Below, one piece after another: positions 8,737 to 17,286 of a DNA stretch of 64,000 nt. How positions within the stretch are numbered: position 1 is the first letter of the stretch; each line of letters opens with the position of its first letter. The stretch is from an uncultured delta proteobacterium (GTDB lineage Bacteria > Desulfobacterota > RBG-13-43-22): contig CAWBOS010000015.1 of the NCBI GenBank assembly GCA_963790475.1, forward strand, positions 32,001 through 96,000, read 5' to 3'. A model generated the notes under the pieces. The model saw only the letters and a list, made by a program, of their open reading frames with translations, was not told the origin of the DNA and searched no databases. Position numbers and translations under genes: made by a program.

Positions 8737-10476
8737 ATGCCAAAAATAACGCACGTGCAATTGCCCGGTAGCTATCGAAGTAAAGACCCCACCGCCTTTC
8801 GGGTTGGTGATGTCAACCCCAAAGAAAAGATCATTGTCACCATCGGGCTTAAAGGCCCGAAACTCCCTGGTCCAGGAGAACACATCGGCCATACCTTTAC
8901 GCCCGATCAGATAGCCGAGAAATTCAGCGTAGAGAAGACTGATGCTGTTAAGGTAACAGAAACACTAAAGAATTATGGCCTAAAAGTTTTAGAAATCTCA
9001 CTGGTGACGCGCAGCATGCGCCTCATCGGAACGGCAGAAAACATGGAAGCCGCTTTCAAACCTGACTGGGCGGTCATGAGCTCATGTCGCCAGCCACGAT
9101 ATCGTGGTCGACAGGGAGTACTCTACATACCTGAAAAGCTTAAGGGTATTGTGACTGGGGTTTTCGGACTCGATCAGCGGCAAATGGCACATCGGAGGAC
9201 GGGTCTAAAGGGCCCGACAAATATATCGTCTGTGCTAGAAAGCCCGTTTACACCGAAAGATATCATAAGGCAATATAATTTCCCATCAGGGGATGGTTTA
9301 GGCGAAACTATTGCGATCGCGGCGTTTGCTGGCGGCTATTTCGCCGAAGACATGGATGCCTATTTCGTTAGAGTCTTCAGAAGTCAAGGGCAAAATATAC
9401 CCACCCCTGGTGTTAAAACAATTTCGGTAAATGCTCCAGCCTACACACTTCAGGAGATTCTTTCGCTCCCTATTCCGGAGCAAATAATAAACCAAATTAG
9501 CTATAGTTTCGAAGTGATGACGGACACCGAACTAATCGCAGGATTATGTCCAAAGGCGAACATTGTAGTCTACTTTTCCACATTTGACGAAGGTGGATGG
9601 ATCGGTCTCCTCGACAGGATTTTCAACGACGCAAAGCAATCCCATCGCGTCCAAAAGCCAATCCCGGTCGCGCTTTCAATCAGTTGGGGTTTGCCTGAGG
9701 ATTATTGGACAAAGAATCAAAGGGACCAAATCAACGATCAATTAAATAGATTAAGCCTGCTGGGTATCACCACCTGTGTCGCCTCAGGGGACGACGGTTC
9801 GAGAGGTTACATCCAGGATGGCCAAGCCCATGTCGATTTTCCAAGCTCTAGTCCCTTCGTGTTGAGTGTTGGCGGAACCATGCTGAAGGCTAATATTAGA
9901 AATAATCCGATAATCGGTAATCCGATAATCCGTGTCCAGGAGGTTGTTTGGTGGGAAACATGGACCGATCCACTCCGCATCTCCTATGTATCTACGACGG
10001 GGGGCGGAGTTAGTACGAAAAATCTACGCCCGAATTGGCAGGATGGTCCGCTGGTTACCCCACTCAGGCAACAACCCCTCAATCCGCTAGCCTTTGACGG
10101 TCGTGTGGTGCCCGATGTTGCTGCTCTGGCCGGAAAACCATATTATGACTTGATTTTCCTTGGGTTACCGGTGAAGACCGGGGCGACAAGTGCCTCGGCA
10201 CCCGTCTGGGCCGCCCTCATCGCACGAATCAATGCCAAACTCCCACAAAATAGGCAAGGGCGATTTCTGACTCCTCTGCTCTACCAGAAACTGCCACCGC
10301 CAGACGGCCGGGTTGTTGGTCAGGTCTCGTGCCGGGATATTACCCAAGGTGATAATACACCTGACTACCCCCCTCCTAATGGCTACAAGGCGGGGATAGG
10401 GTTCGATAAGGTTACAGGGTGGGGAGTCCCGGATGGGATGAAACTTCTCGATTGTTTGAATCAGGTTATACCTTAG
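8737..10476 (+). CDS. S53 family peptidase (sedolisin/kumamolisin-like) with prodomain
   Basis: Start MPKITHVQ after AGGAGA RBS; catalytic EVMTD (ExxxD), ASGDDG, VPDVAALA, ATSASAP, Ca-site GFDKVTGWG. Confidence 0.9.
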   Translation: MPKITHVQLPGSYRSKDPTAFRVGDVNPKEKIIVTIGLKGPKLPGPGEHIGHTFTPDQIAEKFSVEKTDAVKVTETLKNYGLKVLEISLVTRSMRLIGTAENMEAAFKPDWAVMSSCRQPRYRGRQGVLYIPEKLKGIVTGVFGLDQRQMAHRRTGLKGPTNISSVLESPFTPKDIIRQYNFPSGDGLGETIAIAAFAGGYFAEDMDAYFVRVFRSQGQNIPTPGVKTISVNAPAYTLQEILSLPIPEQIINQISYSFEVMTDTELIAGLCPKANIVVYFSTFDEGGWIGLLDRIFNDAKQSHRVQKPIPVALSISWGLPEDYWTKNQRDQINDQLNRLSLLGITTCVASGDDGSRGYIQDGQAHVDFPSSSPFVLSVGGTMLKANIRNNPIIGNPIIRVQEVVWWETWTDPLRISYVSTTGGGVSTKNLRPNWQDGPLVTPLRQQPLNPLAFDGRVVPDVAALAGKPYYDLIFLGLPVKTGATSASAPVWAALIARINAKLPQNRQGRFLTPLLYQKLPPPDGRVVGQVSCRDITQGDNTPDYPPPNGYKAGIGFDKVTGWGVPDGMKLLDCLNQVIP

Positions 10477-10623
10477 TCAGCACTCCATGACTTGTATCTA
10501 AGAGCGTTCCCGAAAAGTAAATCCTGCTTTTAACTTTATTTTAATAAAAGGATTTTGGCCAGGCAAGGGCGCTGACCACCAACACGGCTTGACCGGAAGA
10601 GATATGCTTAGTCATAAGGATTT

Positions 10624-11826
10624 GTGATGCCTTCGCGAGGATTAAAAACGACAGCCGGTTTATTGAATTGCCCGATCATGATTGTTGGGGCGGGACCTGC
10701 CGGGATTTCCACCTGGCTGCATCTTCAAAAGGAGGCCCCGCAATTGGCCCGCTTTTCCCTTGTCATCGAAAAGGCCATTTTCCCACGAGACAAATTGTGT
10801 GGGGGCGGTTTATGCTCTTGGGTTGCCGATGCGCTGGCCTACCTGGGGGTGGACCTTGATATACCATCCTTGTCTGTTTCTGATCTGGAGTTCAGATTTG
10901 GGAAAGAGATCGATCTTATTCACCAGGATAATTATTTCCAAGTCGTCCAGCGTGTTGATTTTGATCAGGCCCTGGCAAGAGCCGCGGTTAAGCGAGGCCT
11001 TGACCTGCATGAAGACGAAATACTTGTCGATATTCTTCGGACCCGGAACAAGCTGGTTGTAACAACCAATAAAGGGAAATATGCCGTGCAAGCCCTCGTT
11101 GGTGCGGACGGAGCTTTCAGCTTAGTTCGCAAGAAGATGATCTCATCCCGGAAACATCATCTTGCGCGTACACTTCAGGTATTCGCTCCCGCTGACTCCC
11201 GATATGATCACGAATTCACGGAAAAAAAGACGGTTGTCGATCTCACGCCCATCAAAAAGGGTTTGCAGGGCTACGTTTGGCACGTGCCTTGTCTGAAGGA
11301 TAAGACCCCTTCCATCGCCCATGGCATAGTTGATTTCCGGGTTTGGCCTGATAGACCAAAGGCAGACATGAAGAAGATATTCGGCCAAGAATTGGAAAGC
11401 AGAAATATTCATCAGGACCCTAAGGCCTGGTCCAGTCACCCCATTCCTTGGTATTCGGAGGAGGACATCCTGTCACAGCCCAATGTGATCCTGGTAGGAG
11501 ACGCCGCAGGAGTTGAGCCGGCCTTTGGAGGAGGTATCCACCTCTCACTGGCCTACGGGGAGGTTGCCGCTAAAGCTATTATCGATGCCTTCCAAGCCGA
11601 TGACTTATCTTTCCAGGATTACACCCAAAGGATACAGTCCCATCAAGTTGGGCAGCATATATCCAAATGCACCCGTATAGCCCGGGCAATGTATGGTGGC
11701 AAGATGAATCCTTTGGATGGGGCACGGGAGGTTTTTGCTCCCGAATATGATTCCTCCGCTATGATGCGTGAATTGCTGTCCAGGTACTTGGAACTCCATC
11801 CCCAATCGTCTTCAGACCCTAAATGA
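10624..11826 (+). CDS. geranylgeranyl reductase-family FAD-dependent oxidoreductase
   Basis: VGAGPAG, EKAIFPRDKLCGGGL, VGADG, LVGDAAG..P..GGGI motifs. Confidence 0.82.
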   Translation: MMPSRGLKTTAGLLNCPIMIVGAGPAGISTWLHLQKEAPQLARFSLVIEKAIFPRDKLCGGGLCSWVADALAYLGVDLDIPSLSVSDLEFRFGKEIDLIHQDNYFQVVQRVDFDQALARAAVKRGLDLHEDEILVDILRTRNKLVVTTNKGKYAVQALVGADGAFSLVRKKMISSRKHHLARTLQVFAPADSRYDHEFTEKKTVVDLTPIKKGLQGYVWHVPCLKDKTPSIAHGIVDFRVWPDRPKADMKKIFGQELESRNIHQDPKAWSSHPIPWYSEEDILSQPNVILVGDAAGVEPAFGGGIHLSLAYGEVAAKAIIDAFQADDLSFQDYTQRIQSHQVGQHISKCTRIARAMYGGKMNPLDGAREVFAPEYDSSAMMRELLSRYLELHPQSSSDPK

Positions 11827-11972
11827 TTCTGTAACGGAATCGGTGAACCTATACAGATCACCCGAGGTCAGAAAATACGCCGCCAGTTATCAAACAATTA
11901 CTTCTTTCCAACCAATACCCGGAAACTAAAGAAAAAGTATTTGATCCCGGTTACATTTTTCACCGCCAATTA

Positions 11973-12753
11973 TCAGGGCCACCTTCTGGTTAAATCAAGA
12001 TAGTAGCTCGTGGTCTCAGTTGACTGGTCCTTATACTTAATCGTTATCTCGATCGTGAATTGTCCCCTTCCTGATGATTCCAGGGCGAATTGGTCGTCAG
12101 GATTTGACCGCACCTGCAAGGGATTGGGAAACGTCGGACGTAATAGATACTGGACTTCGGCTATTTGATTGAGGACTTGAAAAGGTTCATCCACAAAAAC
12201 ACGCCAGTTGTAATAGTTCCTGCCCTGAATTGCAGATATGCTTCTGGCATAATTGTTGATCCTGACCTTGATTTTCCTTTCAGCCGCGAAGGCGCTTCTT
12301 GTCAGGCTCAGGGTAAGCAGAGATTTCGCGGCCTGGTTTTGAGGGAGGACGGTGGCAATCAATGATTGTCGTTGATAATTGGGATAAAAGGGAAGCACCT
12401 TCCACAGATTTCCATTCTTATCCGTCAGGGTCATCCGGAAAGCTTTGGTCATGCCATTAAAAGGAATTTTAGCCGTCCACCAGCCGATGATCTGTCCGGC
12501 CGTCAGTTCAACTGGTCCGGACCGCGTCTCGGATTTCCCTGAGCTTGATTGCTCATTATATTCATAAGTACCCCTTTGGAGTTCGAAGGTCTCCACTTTC
12601 ACATTTGCAGGTGGTTCGAGATTGACAAAAATGTCCAGTGGTAACGATGGTGATTGGGTTTTGGCCCATATGATCACCACGCCAACAACAGCGGCGGCAA
12701 ATCCCCCCCACCGCCCAATTACGAAATTTCTTGTCCGTTTTTATGACGCCGAC
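11973..12753 (-). pseudogene. membrane-anchored protein with C-terminal prokaryotic YEATS (pYEATS) domain; 5'-truncated, +1 indel in a G7 run
   Basis: C-terminus YNWRVFVD..IAEVQYLLRPTFPNP..FALESSGRGQFTIEITI is the YEATS signature; removing one G near 12705 gives VGVIKTDKKFRNWAVGGFAAAVVGVVIIWAK (TM helix); no own start codon. Confidence 0.7.
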
Positions 12754-12754
12754 A

Positions 12755-12883
12755 CATAATTTCCGCCTCATCCGGTGAAAAGAGTTCTTTCAAAATTTTT
12801 AATTCAACCCCGCTTTTGGTCTTTGGGAACCCCTGGGGAAACATATCGAGTCTTTCTCCGAGCCTCTCATAAATGTCGGTCAT
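12755..12883 (-). pseudogene. N-terminal fragment of a 4Fe-4S-binding protein, truncated after ~43 aa
   Basis: MTDIYERLGERLDMFPQGFPKTKSGVELKILKELFSPDEAEIM resembles N-termini of deltaproteobacterial 4Fe-4S dicluster proteins; sequence then switches to the pYEATS gene. Confidence 0.6.
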
Positions 12884-12919
12884 GACTTTCTCTCCTTCCG
12901 GCTTTACGCCCATCCAGTA

Positions 12920-13690
12920 TTAAATTTCCCAATCGTATTTGTTGAAGGTGTAGGGCAAATAGGTTTCGGCATCGACCTCGGCGACGACTTCCCCGGCTTT
13001 CATGCGAATTTCCATCCCTTTGGTATAGGCGGCCATGACGACCTGTTTGATAGGGATTTCGTAAAGGAAGTCATACTTCGATTTGCCCAGGGTCACCTTG
13101 CCTTCTCCTATCTCAATTTCTCCCCAGTCGATGTCGTTGTATTGCTTTAACAAACGGGGGTTGTAATCGAATCCGCTGAATGTCGGGGAGATGAAGCCTT
13201 TATAAAGATAATGAGGCTCCGGAGGCGGCATCGGGCCGGGGAATGGCCCGGTGAGTTTTGCCTCTATTTGTAATATGGGGAATCCTCTTCGGACACAGGT
13301 TCCCGTGACCTTATTGCCCTTTCTCTTGACCACAATCGTTTCGGCGATCTTCTTGGGATAACCGAAAACCTCCCTTCCAGCGATCATGGCCATGTCGTTC
13401 GTGACCGGCATGGACAAGCAGTATCTCCCCAACACACCCTCGTATTGGGCGGCCAGGAACAAGGCCGCTTCGTTATAGGTCACGCCAAAATTGGTTCGAT
13501 GGAATTCAGCAACGTAGGCCATACCCATGGGAGTGGACGCCGGTTGAAGCGGCGGGGGCAGGACCTTCTTGACGACCTTCGGATCGGTCTCAAAAACCGC
13601 CATGACCATGGTCGCGTCACCCAGGATGAAACCCGAGGTAAAGCTTTTACCCCAATTCCTAATTTTCTTTTGGGATTGAACCAGTTCCAT
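12920..13690 (-). CDS. acetoacetate decarboxylase-family protein
   Basis: LPPPLQP, YNEAALF, GREVFGYPKK (Schiff-base Lys motif). Confidence 0.85.
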   Translation of the reverse strand: MELVQSQKKIRNWGKSFTSGFILGDATMVMAVFETDPKVVKKVLPPPLQPASTPMGMAYVAEFHRTNFGVTYNEAALFLAAQYEGVLGRYCLSMPVTNDMAMIAGREVFGYPKKIAETIVVKRKGNKVTGTCVRRGFPILQIEAKLTGPFPGPMPPPEPHYLYKGFISPTFSGFDYNPRLLKQYNDIDWGEIEIGEGKVTLGKSKYDFLYEIPIKQVVMAAYTKGMEIRMKAGEVVAEVDAETYLPYTFNKYDWEI

Positions 13691-13792
13691 TTTGATTCCC
13701 CCCTTATTGTGTATTCAGGCCTGCACAAACCTTCAAAACCTCCACTAATTTGGAAAAGGAGGATTGAGGAAGATTTTAAATCATTCCTCCCC

Positions 13793-14272
13793 TTAAATTT
13801 CCAGAATCTCTCCCTTTATTTCCGAATCAGTGATATGGATGAATCCTATCGTCGGTTTTCCGAAGAATCCGATCCCGGAGGCCGATCCCGGATTAAAAAA
13901 TAGGACCCCCTCGGACCGGTGATTGGCCGGCTTGTGCGAGTGGCCGTACACCAGGCAATCAATGTGGTCAAATCCAGGAAGAATACGGCCCTCCAATCCA
14001 TGGGCTGATCCCCAACCGTGGATCAGTCCGATCTTAATGCCGCCGAAGGTAAAAGTTTTTTTGGCCGGAAGGATCGCCCTTAAATTGCCTTCATCCATGT
14101 TTCCGCGAACCGCTTCAACTCCCAGGGGTTGGAGAAATTCATACACCGGCAGACCAACCATGTCCCCGGCATGAAGGATCAGATCCACATCGGTAAAATG
14201 GGTCTTAACCAGAAGCTTGAAACCCGGGGTTACCCGGGTCAGGTGGGTATCGGATAAAATTCCAATTTTCAT
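13793..14272 (-). CDS. YfcE/MJ0936-family metallophosphoesterase
   Basis: SDTH, HAGD, VRGNMD, HG, GHSH, NPGS motifs. Confidence 0.9.
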   Translation of the reverse strand: MKIGILSDTHLTRVTPGFKLLVKTHFTDVDLILHAGDMVGLPVYEFLQPLGVEAVRGNMDEGNLRAILPAKKTFTFGGIKIGLIHGWGSAHGLEGRILPGFDHIDCLVYGHSHKPANHRSEGVLFFNPGSASGIGFFGKPTIGFIHITDSEIKGEILEI

Positions 14273-14476
14273 TTAGGATGGCGTAGGGGATGACCCATAT
14301 TCATCCAATGTGCATTGGGTGAAGTCGATTTCCTCTTTACAGCTCTTGCAGTTATGGCTCCTGTCGAATTCGTCGGAAAAGATCTCGTTTTCATAACCGC
14401 AATTGGGGCATTTACAGGTAAAGGATTTGAGATTCTTAAATTGCTGATAACCCGGACAATGTTGTGGTGTGGTCAT
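14273..14476 (-). CDS. small zinc-ribbon protein
   Basis: HCPG..CPNCG.ENEIFSDE...CKSC; tightly packed in the operon. Confidence 0.7.
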   Translation of the reverse strand: MTTPQHCPGYQQFKNLKSFTCKCPNCGYENEIFSDEFDRSHNCKSCKEEIDFTQCTLDEYGSSPTPS

Positions 14477-14506
14477 TGGTTTCTCCTTTTGAAAAATATT
14501 TAAGGA

Positions 14507-15100
14507 TTAGGGCCGGGACAAAGGATAGTCCAAAACCGCCTTATTACCCAGTTCATAGGCCTCCTGCAGGGCAGTGGGATGGTCGGTAATCTTCCCTTTA
14601 CCTTCTACCGCCCGGAAAAACAGCCCGCCTTCATAATTTTTATCCAAGGCATCAAAAAAATATTTGGCGGTAAGTTGAATACCCTCAAACAGATTTTTTC
14701 CTTTGGTGGCTCCTACCGCAATCAGATAGCCTCTTCCGTGATTATACCCCTTTCTCTGATCCGGGGCCTTTTCCAGCATCCTTTTGGACCACATGGCCTG
14801 GGAACGATCGACCAGCATCTTGGCCTGGGACGGCAGCCCGTAAAAAAATATCGAGGAAGATAAAAAAATAATTGGAGTGTTCCAAAGCAGGGGATAGACC
14901 TTATCCATCTCATCCGAAATCACACATTTTCCGGTCTTGTCGCACCCCCCGCATTCCTGGCAGCCGGATATTTTCAGTTCCCGAACATAAATTTTCTCGA
15001 TTTCCGCCCCGGCCGATTTTGCCCCTTCCAGGACTTTGTCAAGCAGAAGATCGCTGTTTCCCTCTTTCCGGGGACTGCCGTAAATCCCCAGCACCTTCAC
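14507..15100 (-). CDS. iron-sulfur flavoprotein / NADPH-dependent FMN reductase family
   Basis: GSPRKEGNS, CQECGGCDKTGKC (Cx2Cx2Cx5C). Confidence 0.88.
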   Translation of the reverse strand: MKVLGIYGSPRKEGNSDLLLDKVLEGAKSAGAEIEKIYVRELKISGCQECGGCDKTGKCVISDEMDKVYPLLWNTPIIFLSSSIFFYGLPSQAKMLVDRSQAMWSKRMLEKAPDQRKGYNHGRGYLIAVGATKGKNLFEGIQLTAKYFFDALDKNYEGGLFFRAVEGKGKITDHPTALQEAYELGNKAVLDYPLSRP

Positions 15101-15285
15101 TTTGAAGGGACCTCTTCTTCCACGATCTGGCCCTTATGCTTGGTCCCGCACAGGGGGCAGAGGATATCGATTTCCTTCTCGTCGCCGATGAATTTTTCCC
15201 GAAGCTTTTCCGGCCCCAAGAAACTCACGTCACCGCAGGCACAGGCCGGGCATTCAGCCCGAACCGTATATTTTCGTTTCGACAT
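15097..15285 (-). CDS. small CxxC...CxxC metal-binding protein
   Basis: CPAC and CPLC; AAGGAG RBS; overlaps neighbours. Confidence 0.7.
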   Translation of the reverse strand: MSKRKYTVRAECPACACGDVSFLGPEKLREKFIGDEKEIDILCPLCGTKHKGQIVEEEVPSK

Positions 15286-15456
15286 TATTTTTCTCCTTTA
15301 AGTCTTTGATCGGATCCGGTCGATTCGCATTCCGGGATATAACAGGTGATGTTTAAGAATTCACACTTCTGTGTGCAGGATGGACATTGATCCGGGGGAG
15401 CGTCCGTCTTTCAAGGTATATCCGCAGTTACTGCATTTCCATTCGTTCTCAGCCAT
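15285..15456 (-). CDS. rubredoxin-like small protein (one apparent +1 indel), missed by ORF track
   Basis: Removing one A in TTGAAAGACG gives MAENEWKCSNCGYTLKTDAPPDQCPSCTQKCEFLNITCYIPECESTGSDQRLKGEK*; AGGAGG RBS; stop overlaps next ATG. Confidence 0.7.
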
Positions 15457-15460
15457 GATC

Positions 15461-16133
15461 TCACCTCCTGTTTTGATTTTCTCAATAGCTTCCTCAGCCC
15501 ATTGTCCTAAAGGTTTTTCCTGAAATTGATTATTGACGTTCAGATTAATCTATCTGTTTTTCCTTTTGCAAGGTTTTAAGAAAAGGAACCGCTTCCCGGG
15601 CACCCAACTCCCCCAGGGTCCAGGCGGCAGTCCCTTTCATCGAGGGATCGGAATGTTTCAGGGCTCGCAGGAGAAAGGGGAAGACCTTGTCTTTCAGGGC
15701 CTCATCGATGGTCTTTAAGCGCCCAAGTCCCCAGATTACCCCTTTTTGTAATTGTTCATTTTCCAGAAAGCAGCCCTCCTCGACAATATAGGCAACTAAT
15801 AAGCCGGTATATTCCTTTTGTAAGCGCAGGAATAACAGCCAGAATCTCTCCCAGGGCCTCCGGCATTCCCCAACCGATTCCGCCGGATTCATCGTTTAGA
15901 TTCCAAATCAACTGCCGGATAACCCTTCTGACCTGTTCCGGATCTTTGGAGAACAATTGGGCGGTCACCTGTCCCAGGGCTTTGACGGCCCGCCACTTAA
16001 CGGTTTCGTTCGAATCAGTCAAGAGGCCGATCAACCCGCTGGCCCATTTTCCTTCCCGGCCCCCAGCCATCTCAACCAGGGAGCCATAGGCTTCCTTTTC
16101 CAGAAGGGACCTCAGGGTGATAAGAAAGTTCAA
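15461..16133 (-). CDS. HEAT-repeat protein (DVU0298-like), split by apparent indels
   Basis: ORFs 15756-16133 and 15545-15892 join; IWNLNDESGGIGWGMPEALGEI signature, GVIWGLGRL, AAWTLGEL. Confidence 0.7.
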
Positions 16134-16142
16134 TGGGGTTCT

Positions 16143-16304
16143 CTATTCCTCCGGCGTAAATTGATCCTTGCCTACACCGCACAAAGGGCACAACCAGTCA
16201 TCCGGAAGATCTTCAAAAGCCGTACCGGGGGCAATCCCATTATCCGGGTCCCCTTCCGCCGGGTCATAGACATACCCGCAAACTTCACAGACATATTTCT
16301 TCAT
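16143..16304 (-). CDS. rub: rubredoxin (53 aa), missed by ORF track
   Basis: Manual translation [53 protein letters not shown]. Confidence 0.96.
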   Translation of the reverse strand: MKKYVCEVCGYVYDPAEGDPDNGIAPGTAFEDLPDDWLCPLCGVGKDQFTPEE

Positions 16305-16348
16305 CCCCTATTCCCTTTCCTCTAATGATAAATAGAATTTCCCGGCCA

Positions 16349-17200
16349 TTAGGCATAACCCTCCATGATGTTCATCAATCTCTCCTGATCCATTTCCCGA
16401 CCGACCAGGGGACCTTGTTTCAATACCGGAAAATGTTCTTCAAAGGTCGGCCGTTCATTTTGATAAATGACGCCCACTGGAATCCGTTCTCCCCACTCCC
16501 AGGCCGTCCTCATGGCCGTTTCCCAAACCTTGGGATTATAGTCTGGAGGCAGCTCATAACAGCGCTTGTTATACCAGGCAAAGGTGTTTACCTTATTAAA
16601 GGAAACGCAGGGCTGAAGGATGTCCACCAGAGAGAAACCCTTGTGAGTTATGGCCTGCTGAATCAACCGGGTTAGATGATCGGTCATTCCTGCAAAACCG
16701 CGGGCCACAAAACCGGCTTGCATGGCCACGGCTATGGCTATCGGATTAAACGGGCTCGATCGCACCCCCTGAGGCTGGGTCTTGGTGACCAGGCCCTCAT
16801 CGGAGGTCGGGCTGGCCTGACCCTTGGTCAGACCATAAACTTGATTATTGTGAACCAGCAGGGTTAGATTGATGTTCCGGCGGATGGCGGCCAAAAAATG
16901 ATTACCCCCTTCCCCGTAGTTGCACCCGTCCCCGCTTTCGACAATAACCGTCAATTCCGGGTTAGCCAGTTTGGCCCCCGTGGCCACGGGCAGGGAGCGG
17001 CCATGCAGTCCATTAAAGACATTGGCCCTCAAATAATGGGGGGCCTTGGCGGCCTGACCGATACCGGAGACAAAAAGGACTTCCTGGGGTTTTAAGCCCA
17101 GGGCGACCAGGGACTGTTTAACCGCCTGAAGTATGGGAAAATTCCCACATCCCGGGCACCAGGCGGTTTCAAAATTTCCGTACTCTTCTAAAGTGACCAT
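16349..17200 (-). CDS. 2-oxoacid:ferredoxin oxidoreductase beta subunit
   Basis: WCPGCGN, SGIG, LHGR, GDG..NN TPP-binding motif, YGLTKGQASPT, QPCVSFN. Confidence 0.93.
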   Translation of the reverse strand: MVTLEEYGNFETAWCPGCGNFPILQAVKQSLVALGLKPQEVLFVSGIGQAAKAPHYLRANVFNGLHGRSLPVATGAKLANPELTVIVESGDGCNYGEGGNHFLAAIRRNINLTLLVHNNQVYGLTKGQASPTSDEGLVTKTQPQGVRSSPFNPIAIAVAMQAGFVARGFAGMTDHLTRLIQQAITHKGFSLVDILQPCVSFNKVNTFAWYNKRCYELPPDYNPKVWETAMRTAWEWGERIPVGVIYQNERPTFEEHFPVLKQGPLVGREMDQERLMNIMEGYA

Positions 17201-17286
17201 AGCTAATTCCGTTGTAGGACTGCCTTATTTAAACAGAAACCATCACTCCATTAAATTTTTTCCCCCACCTTATACCGTCCAGTTTT

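Noticed and set aside
9904-9930. 15-bp tandem duplication (NPIIG NPIIR) in the S53 gene, and a 21-bp one in tatB
   Set aside because: Two-copy in-frame slippage in probable loop regions; no array structure
12730-12754. TGTCGGCGTCATAAAAACGGAC (minus strand) resembles an IS21-like terminal inverted repeat at the junction
   Set aside because: It reads as coding sequence (VGVIKTD) of the pYEATS gene; no partner repeat or transposase found
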